A stretch of 64,000 bases of DNA from an uncultured Paludibacter sp. (GTDB lineage Bacteria > Bacteroidota > Bacteroidia > Bacteroidales > Paludibacteraceae). Below the pieces are notes generated by a model that worked only from the letters and a program-made list of their open reading frames with translations, had not been told where the DNA came from and did no database searches. Where the stretch lies: contig CAZTDH010000001.1 of assembly GCA_964612615.1 (NCBI GenBank), positions 14,977 through 78,976 on the forward strand. The letters are read 5' to 3'. Every line of letters begins with the position of its first letter. Position 1 is the first letter of the stretch. The translations under genes and the position numbers were made by a program. Positions 10,467-20,667 of this stretch are shown here, piece by piece.

Positions 10467-11474
10467 ATGAGAAAGTTATTCGTTTTCAGTTTCATAGCTT
10501 TAATATGTCTGACTGTCAATGCTCAAAGTGGCTACTCATTGGTATATGCCGATGAATTTGACGGCACTACGCTCGATTTGAGCAAGTGGAATATTCAGGT
10601 GGGTTATGCTGCCAATCAGGAAAAAGAATATTATACTGACGGCACAAATAATATACGGGTTGAAAACGGAAACTTAATCATTAGTGCCAAAAAGGAAAAT
10701 TATGTGGCAGACCGAAATTATTCTTCCGGACGAATTTATTCAAAAAGTAAAGGATATATCAAGTACGGAAAAGTAGAAGCCCGAATCAGTGTTCCTTCGG
10801 GAGCAGGTACCTGGCCTGCATTCTGGATGATGCCGCAGTCGAGTGTTTATGGAAGTTGGCCTAAAAGTGGTGAAATTGATATCATGGAGCATATTGGTTC
10901 AAACCCTACTATGACTTCGCATGCCGTTCATACTTCACTGAAAAATGGCAGCATTGGAAATAACTGGTTTGCTAAAGTATATCAACCCAACATGGAAAAT
11001 AACTTCCATATTTACTCAATTCAATGGGATCAGGATCAAATTCTCTTCTTTATTGATAATGTTCAAACAGGTACTCTGTATCGCAATTTTACAGATACGT
11101 CAACCGGTTGGCCTTTTGATCAATATTTCTATGTAATTCTGAATCTTGCCATTGGAGGTACAATGGGTGGAACTGTTGATGATAATATCTTTAATAATCC
11201 GGTAGAGATGATGGTGGATTATGTTCATCTGTACCAACTTAATACCGCTGTAAATGAAATACAAGATGTAAACCTTCAGGTATATCCTACAAGGTTTACG
11301 GATGTAATTAATATTAAAACAAATAATCCAACTTCGGTTAAACTATTTAATAGCATTGGAAAACAGCTTATTGAAAAGAATATAACCGGAGATGAAACTT
11401 TAAAAACAAATCAGTTGGCAAACGGAATTTACTTTTTGAAAACTGAAAATAAAACATTCAAATTGACAAAATAG
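10467..11474 (+). CDS. GH16 endo-beta-1,3-glucanase (laminarinase-type) with T9SS CTD
   Basis: WPAFWMMP, catalytic GEIDIMEH, FYVILNLAIGG; CTD VYPT...NGIYFLK. Confidence 0.92.
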   Translation: MRKLFVFSFIALICLTVNAQSGYSLVYADEFDGTTLDLSKWNIQVGYAANQEKEYYTDGTNNIRVENGNLIISAKKENYVADRNYSSGRIYSKSKGYIKYGKVEARISVPSGAGTWPAFWMMPQSSVYGSWPKSGEIDIMEHIGSNPTMTSHAVHTSLKNGSIGNNWFAKVYQPNMENNFHIYSIQWDQDQILFFIDNVQTGTLYRNFTDTSTGWPFDQYFYVILNLAIGGTMGGTVDDNIFNNPVEMMVDYVHLYQLNTAVNEIQDVNLQVYPTRFTDVINIKTNNPTSVKLFNSIGKQLIEKNITGDETLKTNQLANGIYFLKTENKTFKLTK

Positions 11475-11522
11475 CATTTGTATTTAAAATCAAAAAAAAT
11501 AAACAAACAAAAAATTACATTT

Positions 11523-12977
11523 ATGAAAAAAATTACTCGATTAATTCTTTTAGTTGCTGCGGTAATAGCTTCCTCAAGTATGATGAATGCTCAAGTGTCT
11601 GAATTCTGCAGTACACCGTCTGGTCATTTAAGTGATCCAAATTTCGGTGATGCACATTCACACATTTTGCTCACCATTACCAATGTGGATGCAAATACCA
11701 TTACTGTTAAAGTAGAACCCAATACAGGAGGTTCGCCAATTGATTATTTATTAGTACTTCCTACAGGCTATCCTTCGGTAGCTGTTGGTACTAATGAAGG
11801 AACTATTCTACCCGAATACAAAGCTACCTTAACGTTTGCTACTCCCCCAGCAAATATCGAACTACAGGTATTGTGGAGTAATCCTACTTGGGCAGGACAA
11901 TGGATGACTAATAAATTTACTGTACCATTTGCAGCAAAATGTAATGGTGGCGGCAGTACTGATACTACAAAACCAGTAATGGTTTCGGCATCTGTTGTTG
12001 GAACTCCAACTTTTAGCTCAGCGAACCTGCTCCTATCTGCTACTGATAATGTAACGACTCCTGTATCTAGTTTTGTTGCAAATGATGCTGCAAACAGTAT
12101 TACTAACAAAGCCCTGACAGCCGATGCATCAGGTAATGCTACGATTTCTGGTCTGAATGCAGCAACAACTTATAACCTGACTATTACTGCTAAAGATGCA
12201 GCTCTTAATGTATCGGATAATTCAAAACTAGTTACATTTACAACAGCGGTTGCACCTGTTCTTTCGACAATTGATTTTGAAACTGTTGGACAAGACTGGA
12301 CCTGGCAATCATTTAGCAATGGTGATGGTGATCCTATAATAACTCCTATGGTGACAAATCCGAGTTCTACAGGCGTTAATACTTCTGCACATTGTGCCAA
12401 ATTTGTTGTGAATGCTTCTGCATCACCCTGGGCAGGTTTGTGGTCAGAGAAAACAGCACCTATAACGTTTAATTCCACTAACTGCAAAGTGAAATTAATG
12501 GTTTACAAAAGTGTTATCAGTAATTTCGATGTAAAATTCGAAGGTGCTGCAGGTTTAAATTTTGAAAAACTCGTGCCTAATACTCTTATCAATCAATGGG
12601 AAGAACTTACATTTGATTTTTCATCCCAAATTGGAAAAACAGTTACCAGATTAGTAATTATTCCTGATTTCCCAGCTGCTAGAACAGCCGGAAGCACCAA
12701 TTATTTTGATAATATTTCATTTAATTCAATTAATACTGGAATCAACGAGATTGAGTCAAACACTATAAAACTCTATCCAAATCCTGTTCACAATGAATTG
12801 AATATTTCATCGGATCAGGAAATCAGTCTGATTGAAATTCGTAATCTGGTTGGGCAAACAGTTAAATTATCTACAACCAATATTCTTGATTTGAGTAAAA
12901 TTCCTGCAGGTAATTACTTTGTAAGTGTGAAACTTGCAAATGGTCAAATTTCTAATCAAAAATTCATTAAACAATAA
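11523..12977 (+). CDS. Non-catalytic multimodular T9SS cargo (Cys-bounded domain + FN3-like + CBM-like + CTD)
   Basis: Start moved to ATG 11523 (MKKITRLILL signal peptide); GLNAATTYNLTITAKDAA FN3-like; IDFE...WAGLW...NQWEELTFDF...YFDNISF; YPNPV CTD. Confidence 0.8.
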   Translation: MKKITRLILLVAAVIASSSMMNAQVSEFCSTPSGHLSDPNFGDAHSHILLTITNVDANTITVKVEPNTGGSPIDYLLVLPTGYPSVAVGTNEGTILPEYKATLTFATPPANIELQVLWSNPTWAGQWMTNKFTVPFAAKCNGGGSTDTTKPVMVSASVVGTPTFSSANLLLSATDNVTTPVSSFVANDAANSITNKALTADASGNATISGLNAATTYNLTITAKDAALNVSDNSKLVTFTTAVAPVLSTIDFETVGQDWTWQSFSNGDGDPIITPMVTNPSSTGVNTSAHCAKFVVNASASPWAGLWSEKTAPITFNSTNCKVKLMVYKSVISNFDVKFEGAAGLNFEKLVPNTLINQWEELTFDFSSQIGKTVTRLVIIPDFPAARTAGSTNYFDNISFNSINTGINEIESNTIKLYPNPVHNELNISSDQEISLIEIRNLVGQTVKLSTTNILDLSKIPAGNYFVSVKLANGQISNQKFIKQ

Positions 12978-13048
12978 ATACCGCTTTGTTCATTGGGGTT
13001 TATATTCCGGCGTTCAAATATTAATAAACAATCTAAAAAATTACTATC

Positions 13049-14650
13049 ATGACAAAATTAACTAAGTATTTTGCAATTGTAGCCATATCATTGGCTTCTG
13101 TAAGTGCTTTTGCACAACCGTTAACTTCGGCTCCTACCCCGCCTGCTCTTTCATCGGGAAATGTAATCTCGATTTTTAGTGATGCATTTACAAACGTGGC
13201 TGCAACAGATTTTTTCCCTAACTGGGGTCAGGCAACCCAATATACTGCAACGGTTGTAGGATCATCCGACCATATTATTAAGTATTCAAATATGAATTAT
13301 CAGGGAGTTCAGTTTGGAAGTACACAAATTTGTAGCAGTATGAAATACCTGCATGTTGATGTGTGGACCAATGATGCAAATGCTGCTACTTTTCCGATTG
13401 GAATAATCTGGACAGGAAATGAAAAAACAGTAACTAAAACTGTGGCAACAAATGGTACATGGACTTCTCTTGATATTCCTCTTAGCGAATTTACGGGTGC
13501 TGTTTTGTCTTCGGTTATTCAGTTTAAATTTCAATCGAATGAATGGTTGACATTAGGAGCTGCAGGTAGTCCTTCCAAATATACAACAGTATATCTGGAT
13601 AATCTCTATTTTTGGACTGATGCTGGTGCTGATACAACTCCTCCAACTGCTTTTACAGCTTCTGCAGGAGCGGTTACATCAACTGACGCTATACTGAAAT
13701 TAAATGCTACCGACAACTCGGGTGCTGTAGTGTATACAATTTCGTATGGCGCAACAGTATTGACAACTTCCGGTGCTTCCGGCGTTGAAAAAGATTATAC
13801 TGTCACCGGCTTAACACCTTCGACAGCATATAATTTTAGTGTTGAGTGTAAGGATGCTGCTGGAAATGCTGCAGCAAATAACCCGATTGTTGTTCCGGTA
13901 ACTACAGGTACTGCAATGCCTGCTGCTCCAACTCCTTCGGTTGCCCCCGAAAACGTTAAATCATTATATAGTGACACTTATACCTCTGCCGTAACTATTA
14001 CAGGATATGATAGTTGGTGGAATATTGTTATTTCTGATTTTACCTATAGCGCTGGTGGTAATGCTAAGAAAATGGTATCAACTGCGGCTGGTAGTTGCGG
14101 TGGTCCAAACTTTACTGGCACTCCATTGGATATTACCAATATGAGTTATTTACACATAGATGTTTATCCCACTTCGACACTTGATATTGGTATTAAATTA
14201 GTAACTGTTGCACATGGTGAAACACCGGGTTTCCTTTCTTTGGGAGCTCTCACTCCAAATCAATGGAATAGTAAAGATATACTTTTAACGGCTTATGGTA
14301 TTGCAACGCTTTCAGATTTAAAACAAGTGGGATTTGTGACTACAGCTAGTTTTGGGACATTCTATATGGACAACTTGTTTTTATACAAAACTGTCACCGG
14401 AATTTCAAATGTTTCAGATGTAGCAGTTAATTGTTACCCAAATCCTGTTGTGAATAAACTCAACGTTTCGGCACAGTCTGAAATCAGCGAGGTTACAGTT
14501 CGTAGTTTATTGGGTCAGTCGGTTAAGTCAGTAATGATTAATAACACTTCAAGCTCAATTGATTTAAGTAAAGTTTCTGCCGGCAATTACTTTGTATCGG
14601 TTAAATTGGCAAATGGTCAGGTTTCTACTCAGAAATTTGTAAAATTATAA
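13049..14650 (+). CDS. Non-catalytic multimodular T9SS cargo (CBM-like + FN3 + second copy of CBM-like + CTD)
   Basis: Two related modules APTP..VISIFSDAFT..MKYLHVDVW..YLDNLYF and APTP..VKSLYSDTYT..MSYLHIDVY..YMDNLFL flank an FN3; YPNPV CTD. Confidence 0.82.
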   Translation: MTKLTKYFAIVAISLASVSAFAQPLTSAPTPPALSSGNVISIFSDAFTNVAATDFFPNWGQATQYTATVVGSSDHIIKYSNMNYQGVQFGSTQICSSMKYLHVDVWTNDANAATFPIGIIWTGNEKTVTKTVATNGTWTSLDIPLSEFTGAVLSSVIQFKFQSNEWLTLGAAGSPSKYTTVYLDNLYFWTDAGADTTPPTAFTASAGAVTSTDAILKLNATDNSGAVVYTISYGATVLTTSGASGVEKDYTVTGLTPSTAYNFSVECKDAAGNAAANNPIVVPVTTGTAMPAAPTPSVAPENVKSLYSDTYTSAVTITGYDSWWNIVISDFTYSAGGNAKKMVSTAAGSCGGPNFTGTPLDITNMSYLHIDVYPTSTLDIGIKLVTVAHGETPGFLSLGALTPNQWNSKDILLTAYGIATLSDLKQVGFVTTASFGTFYMDNLFLYKTVTGISNVSDVAVNCYPNPVVNKLNVSAQSEISEVTVRSLLGQSVKSVMINNTSSSIDLSKVSAGNYFVSVKLANGQVSTQKFVKL

Positions 14651-14658
14651 TATCGTTC

Positions 14659-14705
14659 AAGTCCGCGAAGAAAATTCTTCGCGGACTTATTTTCTATTTT
14701 TTTTC
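14659..14705 (+). terminator. Intrinsic terminator
   Basis: Perfect inverted repeat AAGTCCGCGAAGAA / TTCTTCGCGGACTT (14659-14688) followed by a T-rich tract. Confidence 0.75.
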
Positions 14706-14753
14706 ATCAAAGTTTTTAGTTTAGAATTTCACTTTCATAACCCTTCAATCAAA

Positions 14754-16670
14754 ATGATAAAACAGGTATTGGTTTTTTGTATGCTTATCTTTTCTCTGTC
14801 GGTCCTGGCTCAGGACTATAAACTTAAATGGGAAGATAATTTTGATAATCCTGTTTTGAATGAAACTCAGCACTGGAATGTTGAAGTGAATGGTGATGGA
14901 GGTGGAAACAATGAATTACAGTACTATCGACGGGAAAATATTGCCATCGAACAGGACGCAAGTGGTGTAAATTGTTTGGTTATAAATGCTAAGCGTGAAA
15001 ATTTTGGTGGAAAAGTAGTTACTTCCGGTCGAATGAATACGCTTAAAAATGTTTCGTTTAAATACGGAAAAGTGGAAGCACGCATTAAGTTACCTCATAC
15101 AGCTAATGGTTTATGGCCGGCATTCTGGATGTTGGGCAACGATATCAGTTCTGTTGGTTGGCCACGTTGTGGTGAGATAGATATTCTGGAAATGGGTGCT
15201 GCAGGAGGTATTTCGCAATCAACTCAGGATCGTTTTATGGATGGTGCCTGTCACTGGGGCGAAAATTGGACTTATAATTCGTACGACACAAATGCACCTT
15301 ATGGCGTTCAGGATGATTTTCATTTATATACGCTGATTTGGGATTCACTGGCAGTGAAAATGTATCTCGATTTAGATAAATATCCAACCAATCAGCCTTA
15401 TTATCAGTTTAGTATCACCGGGACAAATCAGATTGGTGATAAGTCCTATTACTTTCACAAACCGTACGGAATTATATTGAATCTCGCTGTAGGAGGTACT
15501 TTTACCGGAATTACCGGAAATTCAAATTTATCCAAAATAACGGCATTACCCACCGATGGAACTCCTGCGAAAATGTGGGTGGATTATGTTCGTATATACC
15601 AACAAGGCGTAAAAGGTGAAATTTTCAATGGTCCAACCACCATTGTAGACACTCAGTCACCAACCGCATTTACAGCAACAAAAGGTGCTGTAACACCTAA
15701 TAGTGTAGAATTATTGCTCAATGCTACCGATAATTCGGGAAATGTAATCTATTATATAAGCTATGGAACTTCCACACTTACTGCAAAAGGAACATCAGGT
15801 GTTCAGACATCGTACATTGTAACCGGACTCAACTCTTCTACCAATTACACTTTCTCCATTGTTGCTAAAGACGCAAATGGAAATGCAGCGGCCAATAATC
15901 CTATTAGCATCTCGGCCACAACCGGAATTTCTTATAATGGTGTTGCAACTATCGATTACGAAACTGTTGGTAAGGATTGGACATGGGTATTGTTTGGAAA
16001 TGGAGACAATGCCAGTTCATTGTATTCGGTCATACCTAATCCATATCAAACAAGTATAAATTCTTCGGCTAATTGTGCAAAATATACTGTCAATGCCGGA
16101 GCAATGTCGTGGGCTGGTCTTTATTCCGACAACATCGGTTCAATTACTTTTACTCCCGATAATTGCAAAGTGAAGGTGATGGTATATAAAAGCTATATCA
16201 GTAATTTCGACTTAAAATTAGAAAACGGAGGAACTAACTTCGAAATGCTCGTACCAAATACCCTCATTAATCAATGGGAAGAACTTATATTTGATTTAAC
16301 CAGTCATATTGGTCAGACATTTACCAGACTTACTCTTATTCCTGATAATTCAACAGACCGATCGGTTCAACGGGTTAGTTACTGGGATAATATTTCGTTT
16401 AATTCTAACAAGCCTAATGCTGTAGAAACAGTTGTGAATCAAAATGTTCATCTATTCCCTAATCCTGTAATTAATAGTATGCATTTGACAGCAGATCAGG
16501 AAATCAGCCAGATTGTGTTATGCAACCTTGTAGGTCAGAACGTAAAATCATTTACAGGTGGCGGTCGTGAAAAAACAATCGATTTAAGTGATGTCTCATC
16601 CGGAAATTATTTGATTAAAATTCAATTGGTTGACGGTAGAATATCGACTCAGAAAGTAATAAAATTGTAA
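14754..16670 (+). CDS. GH16 beta-1,3-glucanase + FN3 + CBM-like module + T9SS CTD
   Basis: GGGNNELQYY, WPAFWMLG, GEIDILEMG; FN3 and CBM-like modules shared with neighbours; FPNPV CTD. Confidence 0.92.
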   Translation: MIKQVLVFCMLIFSLSVLAQDYKLKWEDNFDNPVLNETQHWNVEVNGDGGGNNELQYYRRENIAIEQDASGVNCLVINAKRENFGGKVVTSGRMNTLKNVSFKYGKVEARIKLPHTANGLWPAFWMLGNDISSVGWPRCGEIDILEMGAAGGISQSTQDRFMDGACHWGENWTYNSYDTNAPYGVQDDFHLYTLIWDSLAVKMYLDLDKYPTNQPYYQFSITGTNQIGDKSYYFHKPYGIILNLAVGGTFTGITGNSNLSKITALPTDGTPAKMWVDYVRIYQQGVKGEIFNGPTTIVDTQSPTAFTATKGAVTPNSVELLLNATDNSGNVIYYISYGTSTLTAKGTSGVQTSYIVTGLNSSTNYTFSIVAKDANGNAAANNPISISATTGISYNGVATIDYETVGKDWTWVLFGNGDNASSLYSVIPNPYQTSINSSANCAKYTVNAGAMSWAGLYSDNIGSITFTPDNCKVKVMVYKSYISNFDLKLENGGTNFEMLVPNTLINQWEELIFDLTSHIGQTFTRLTLIPDNSTDRSVQRVSYWDNISFNSNKPNAVETVVNQNVHLFPNPVINSMHLTADQEISQIVLCNLVGQNVKSFTGGGREKTIDLSDVSSGNYLIKIQLVDGRISTQKVIKL

Positions 16671-16689
16671 ACAAAGAAATTCTGATAAT

Positions 16690-16902
16690 ATGGAAATGAA
16701 ACAAAAAACTGCAAATTACTGTGTAGCTCTTTTATTTTTTGTTTTTGCATTTGGAATAAACCAGGCATGGCGGCAAAATAGAAATCCTTTTGCGAAAAGT
16801 ATTCAAAAAGAAGTGCATAATACAGATTTGACTGTTTCAAATAATCATTCTGATAGCAACCACAAGGAGCCAAATGATTTTTTCAAATCGAGTATTGAAT
16901 GA
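16690..16902 (+). CDS. Small hypothetical protein or gene remnant
   Basis: 70-aa ORF filling the gap between two GH16 genes, with one hydrophobic N-terminal stretch (VALLFFVFAFGI). Confidence 0.3.
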   Translation: MEMKQKTANYCVALLFFVFAFGINQAWRQNRNPFAKSIQKEVHNTDLTVSNNHSDSNHKEPNDFFKSSIE

Positions 16903-16932
16903 TTTTGATTCAATTTTAAATAAGGAAAACTA

Positions 16933-17820
16933 ATGAAAAATACGATAGTTGTTTTGTTTTGGCTATTTTCTTTTGTTCTCCCGGCGCAGGATTATAAACT
17001 TGTGTGGGAAGATAATTTTAATGGATCAAAACTGGACAAATCCTTTTGGACAGCTATACATAGCGGTAATGGAGGTGGAAATAAAGAAATACAGTTTTAC
17101 AGACCCGAAAATATTTCATTGGGTAATGAACCTGTTAGTGGGGAAAATTGTCTGATTATTTCTGCCAGAAAGGAGATATATAAAAACAAATCAGCTACTT
17201 CCGGGCGTTTGTCAACTATTGGCAAAATGACTTTCCGATATGGAAAAATTGAAGCTCGAATAAAACTTCCTAAAACATCAAATGGTTTGTGGCCAGCATT
17301 TTGGATGCTTGGAAGTGATTCTCCTGAAGCTATTTGGCCAAAATGTGGCGAGATTGATATAGTTGAAATGGGACATAAAAAAGGAATTGATTCAGGAACT
17401 CAGGATCGGCTTTTTAATGGTGCATGTCATTGGGGTGAGAGTTGGAACGGTGGAAGTTATCCAAATAAAGGAATGTCAACTACCAACGAGTATAGTTTAC
17501 AGGATGGTTTTCATACTTACACTATGTTTTGGACTTCCGATTCTATAAAAATGTTTTTGGATTTAGATAAATTTCCAAATGAGAAACCCTATTACGAAAT
17601 ACCTATTACTGGCAATAACTCACCAAATCAAACTTCCCGGTACTTTCGCAAACCATTTTACCTCATCTTCAACCTTGCAGTTGGCGGTACTTTTTCAGAG
17701 ATTTATGATATAACTAAAATTACAGCTTTGAAAGAAGGCGAAGCCAAAATGTACGTGGATTATGTGAGGGTATATCAGAAAAAAACGACAGAAGAGGAAT
17801 TTCATTTATCTAAACGATAA
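16933..17820 (+). CDS. GH16 beta-1,3-glucanase, single domain, probably periplasmic
   Basis: Signal peptide, WPAFWMLG, GEIDIVEMG, no CTD; close paralogue of the 14754 catalytic domain. Confidence 0.92.
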   Translation: MKNTIVVLFWLFSFVLPAQDYKLVWEDNFNGSKLDKSFWTAIHSGNGGGNKEIQFYRPENISLGNEPVSGENCLIISARKEIYKNKSATSGRLSTIGKMTFRYGKIEARIKLPKTSNGLWPAFWMLGSDSPEAIWPKCGEIDIVEMGHKKGIDSGTQDRLFNGACHWGESWNGGSYPNKGMSTTNEYSLQDGFHTYTMFWTSDSIKMFLDLDKFPNEKPYYEIPITGNNSPNQTSRYFRKPFYLIFNLAVGGTFSEIYDITKITALKEGEAKMYVDYVRVYQKKTTEEEFHLSKR

Positions 17821-17914
17821 AATATTCCAATCGAACAAATAGTAATTTGCTATAAATTAACTTTCAAAGATTAGTTTCCGGAATATCAGTTACCTAAAAT
17901 TAAGATTTCAACTT

Positions 17915-19393
17915 ATGAGTAATTATAAAACAGCACCTGAAGATGTTGTTCCTTTTGGACAAAAAATTGCATTTGGATCAGGACATTTAGCCAATCAATT
18001 GTTTCCGGCAGCGCTGGGAGTTTTCATGGTTGTGTTGGTCATGTCGTTACACATGAATCCAATCCTCGCTGGTTTACTGGGTGCAATACCGCGTTTTATG
18101 GATGCTCTGCTCGATCCGATTATGGGTTTTATTTCAGACAATACAAAATCAAAATGGGGACGCAGGAAACCTTATATTCTTTTGGGAGCTGTTATTTCGG
18201 GACTTGCCTTTATGGTTATGTGGCAATTACACCCTGAAAACTCCGAGCTGTTCAATTTCTTTTATTTTCTGATTGTATCGCTGTTCTTTTACATTGGTTA
18301 TACTGTTTTTGCAGCTCCGCTTATCGGGTTGGGCTACGAAATGACTTCGGATTATAACGAACGCACCCGGTTGATGGCCGTTTCGCAATTTATGGGACAA
18401 ATAGCATGGATGATTGCTCCCTGGTTTTGGGTGATAATCTATGACCAATCTATCTATCATTCTGCTCCCGAAGGTGCCCGCAACCTATCAGTTTGGGTTG
18501 GCGGATTGTGTATGATTTTAGGAATTATGCCGGCACTTTTCAACAAAGAAAAGGTGGATTTAGACAAAAGAAAGCTAGCCGATTTGTCGATGAAGGACCT
18601 GGCAGTCAATTCAAAGGAATTTTTCAGAGGAATTAAACTCACGTTGAAAAACAAACCTTTTGTGAAGCTTTGTGCAACTACATTCCTTATTTTCAATGGT
18701 TTCCAAACTATTGCACAGTTTGCATTTTTTATCATTGTGTATTATCTCTTTAAAGGCGATACAAATGCTGCAGGTACATGGCCGGCATGGTTTGGTACTG
18801 TAAGTTCTATTGCTACAGCTTTTCTGGTAATTCCAATCGTTACAGCCATTTCGGTAAGAGTTGGCAAAAAGAATGCATTTATCATAGCTACTTTGCTATC
18901 GATGATTGGTTATGCATTGAAATGGTGGGGCTTTAATCCGGCAAATCCCTGGTTAATGTTTATGCCCATTCCTTTCCTATCGTTTGGTATAGGTGGTTTG
19001 TTTACCCTAATGATGTCGATGACTGCCGATGTATGCGATTTGGATGAACTGAATAATGGCGAACGACGCGAAGGTATGTTTGGAGCAGTTTACTGGTGGA
19101 TGGTGAAGCTGGGAACGGCAGCTGCTATGTTGTTAAGCGGAGTGGTTTTACATTATATTGGTTTTAATCAGGAAGTTAAGGTGCAAACGCTAGAAACCAT
19201 CACAAACCTCCGAATTGCTGATATTCTGATACCTATTTTCAGTGGTATACTTGCCATTATCGTAATTTGGAAATACGATATCAACGAAGCAAAAGCTCAT
19301 GAAATAAAGGAAATGTTGGCTCAACGGCGTACTGATAATCAGAAAGATATCGAAGTTGATGACGATAAACTAATAACTAAAATTGTTGAATGA
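17915..19393 (+). CDS. MFS glycoside-pentoside-hexuronide (GPH) family sugar transporter
   Basis: DPIMGFISDNTKSKWGRRKPY, EMTSDYNERTRL, ADVCDLDELNNGERREG; about 12 TM helices. Confidence 0.93.
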   Translation: MSNYKTAPEDVVPFGQKIAFGSGHLANQLFPAALGVFMVVLVMSLHMNPILAGLLGAIPRFMDALLDPIMGFISDNTKSKWGRRKPYILLGAVISGLAFMVMWQLHPENSELFNFFYFLIVSLFFYIGYTVFAAPLIGLGYEMTSDYNERTRLMAVSQFMGQIAWMIAPWFWVIIYDQSIYHSAPEGARNLSVWVGGLCMILGIMPALFNKEKVDLDKRKLADLSMKDLAVNSKEFFRGIKLTLKNKPFVKLCATTFLIFNGFQTIAQFAFFIIVYYLFKGDTNAAGTWPAWFGTVSSIATAFLVIPIVTAISVRVGKKNAFIIATLLSMIGYALKWWGFNPANPWLMFMPIPFLSFGIGGLFTLMMSMTADVCDLDELNNGERREGMFGAVYWWMVKLGTAAAMLLSGVVLHYIGFNQEVKVQTLETITNLRIADILIPIFSGILAIIVIWKYDINEAKAHEIKEMLAQRRTDNQKDIEVDDDKLITKIVE

Positions 19394-19442
19394 AAAAAGC
19401 TGATTTAATAGCTGTATAAATCAATACTTTTATTGAATTTCT

Positions 19443-20621
19443 ATGAAAAAAAGGATATTGCTGGTTTCATTATTTGGAGATATAAATACCGATCACAATT
19501 ATCGGGTTGATAATATTTATAAAGCTTTCGATGGATTTGACAGGTTCATTGTTACGGCTGACTTTAATCATGCTACCAAACAATATAAACCTAAAAATGA
19601 ATCTGATTTCATCCATTATATTCATGTCCCGGCTTATCAGAAAAATCTTTCAATTAAACGAATATATAGTCATATTGTATTTGCTATTAGGTTATACAAG
19701 TATCTGTGCGGCTTAGATATTCTTCCACAATTGATTTATTGTGCAATGCCGGCTTCTCTTACGGCATACTATTGTGGGAGGTTTTGCAAAAGAAGGAAAA
19801 TTAAGTTTGTAGTAGATGTTATTGATTTATGGCCTGATTCATTATTTCCTATTTCATTGAAATACAGGCTTTTAAAACCTCTTGTTTTTCCGTGGACATA
19901 TATTACGAATAAAGCCTATTCAAAAGCTGATTATATTTCGGCAGAGTCGAAAAAATATGCTGAAGTTGCACTGAGAAAAAGTAAAACGACTAAATGGTCA
20001 TACACCTATCTTGGCGTAGATATGGAAGAAATGAACAGATTGGTTTTATCAAGTAAGGTACCTGATCGAACAGACGATGATGAAATCTGGATATGTTATG
20101 GAGGAAGTTTAGGAAATAGTTATGATTTTGATTCTATTCTGGAAGCAATTAAATTCATTGATTCTGAAGGAATTAAATATCGTTTCTTTTTTGTTGCCGA
20201 AGGTGAATGCAGAGATAAGATAAGTGAGTATATTCAAGAAAACAAGCTTAATGCTGAAATCACTGGCAGAATGCCCTATAATGACTATTTGAAATGTCTT
20301 TCACGCTGTGATATTGCAATAAATTCATTCAAAGCAACAACCAAAGTGGTTTATAGCTATAAGTTTAATGATTATGTGGGGTTGAAATTATTTGTGTTGA
20401 ATAATTTGCAAGGCGAAACTGCCGATATGATTAACGAGTATTCAATTGGACGGAATTTTAATGAAAAAAATCTATCCAAAATTTTATATGAAGTATGCTA
20501 TAACTGGGATACATATAAATCCTGGAAAGAAAATTCAACAAAGTTGATTAATGAAAAGCTAAGCAGTGATTTGATATACTCAAAATTAGCTGATAATATC
20601 AAGTCTGAATTGAAAATATAA
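19443..20621 (+). CDS. GT4-family glycosyltransferase
   Basis: VVDVIDLWPDSL, ICYGGSLGNSYDFD, CDIAINS..KFNDY. Confidence 0.85.
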   Translation: MKKRILLVSLFGDINTDHNYRVDNIYKAFDGFDRFIVTADFNHATKQYKPKNESDFIHYIHVPAYQKNLSIKRIYSHIVFAIRLYKYLCGLDILPQLIYCAMPASLTAYYCGRFCKRRKIKFVVDVIDLWPDSLFPISLKYRLLKPLVFPWTYITNKAYSKADYISAESKKYAEVALRKSKTTKWSYTYLGVDMEEMNRLVLSSKVPDRTDDDEIWICYGGSLGNSYDFDSILEAIKFIDSEGIKYRFFFVAEGECRDKISEYIQENKLNAEITGRMPYNDYLKCLSRCDIAINSFKATTKVVYSYKFNDYVGLKLFVLNNLQGETADMINEYSIGRNFNEKNLSKILYEVCYNWDTYKSWKENSTKLINEKLSSDLIYSKLADNIKSELKI

Positions 20622-20667
20622 AAAAGGCAATAATGTTGATTTTGATTTGAAACCTGAATACTGTACT

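Noticed and set aside
11768-13977. Minus-strand ORFs of 60-113 aa inside the T9SS cargo genes
   Set aside because: Antisense shadows of Thr/Ala/Val-rich coding sequence.
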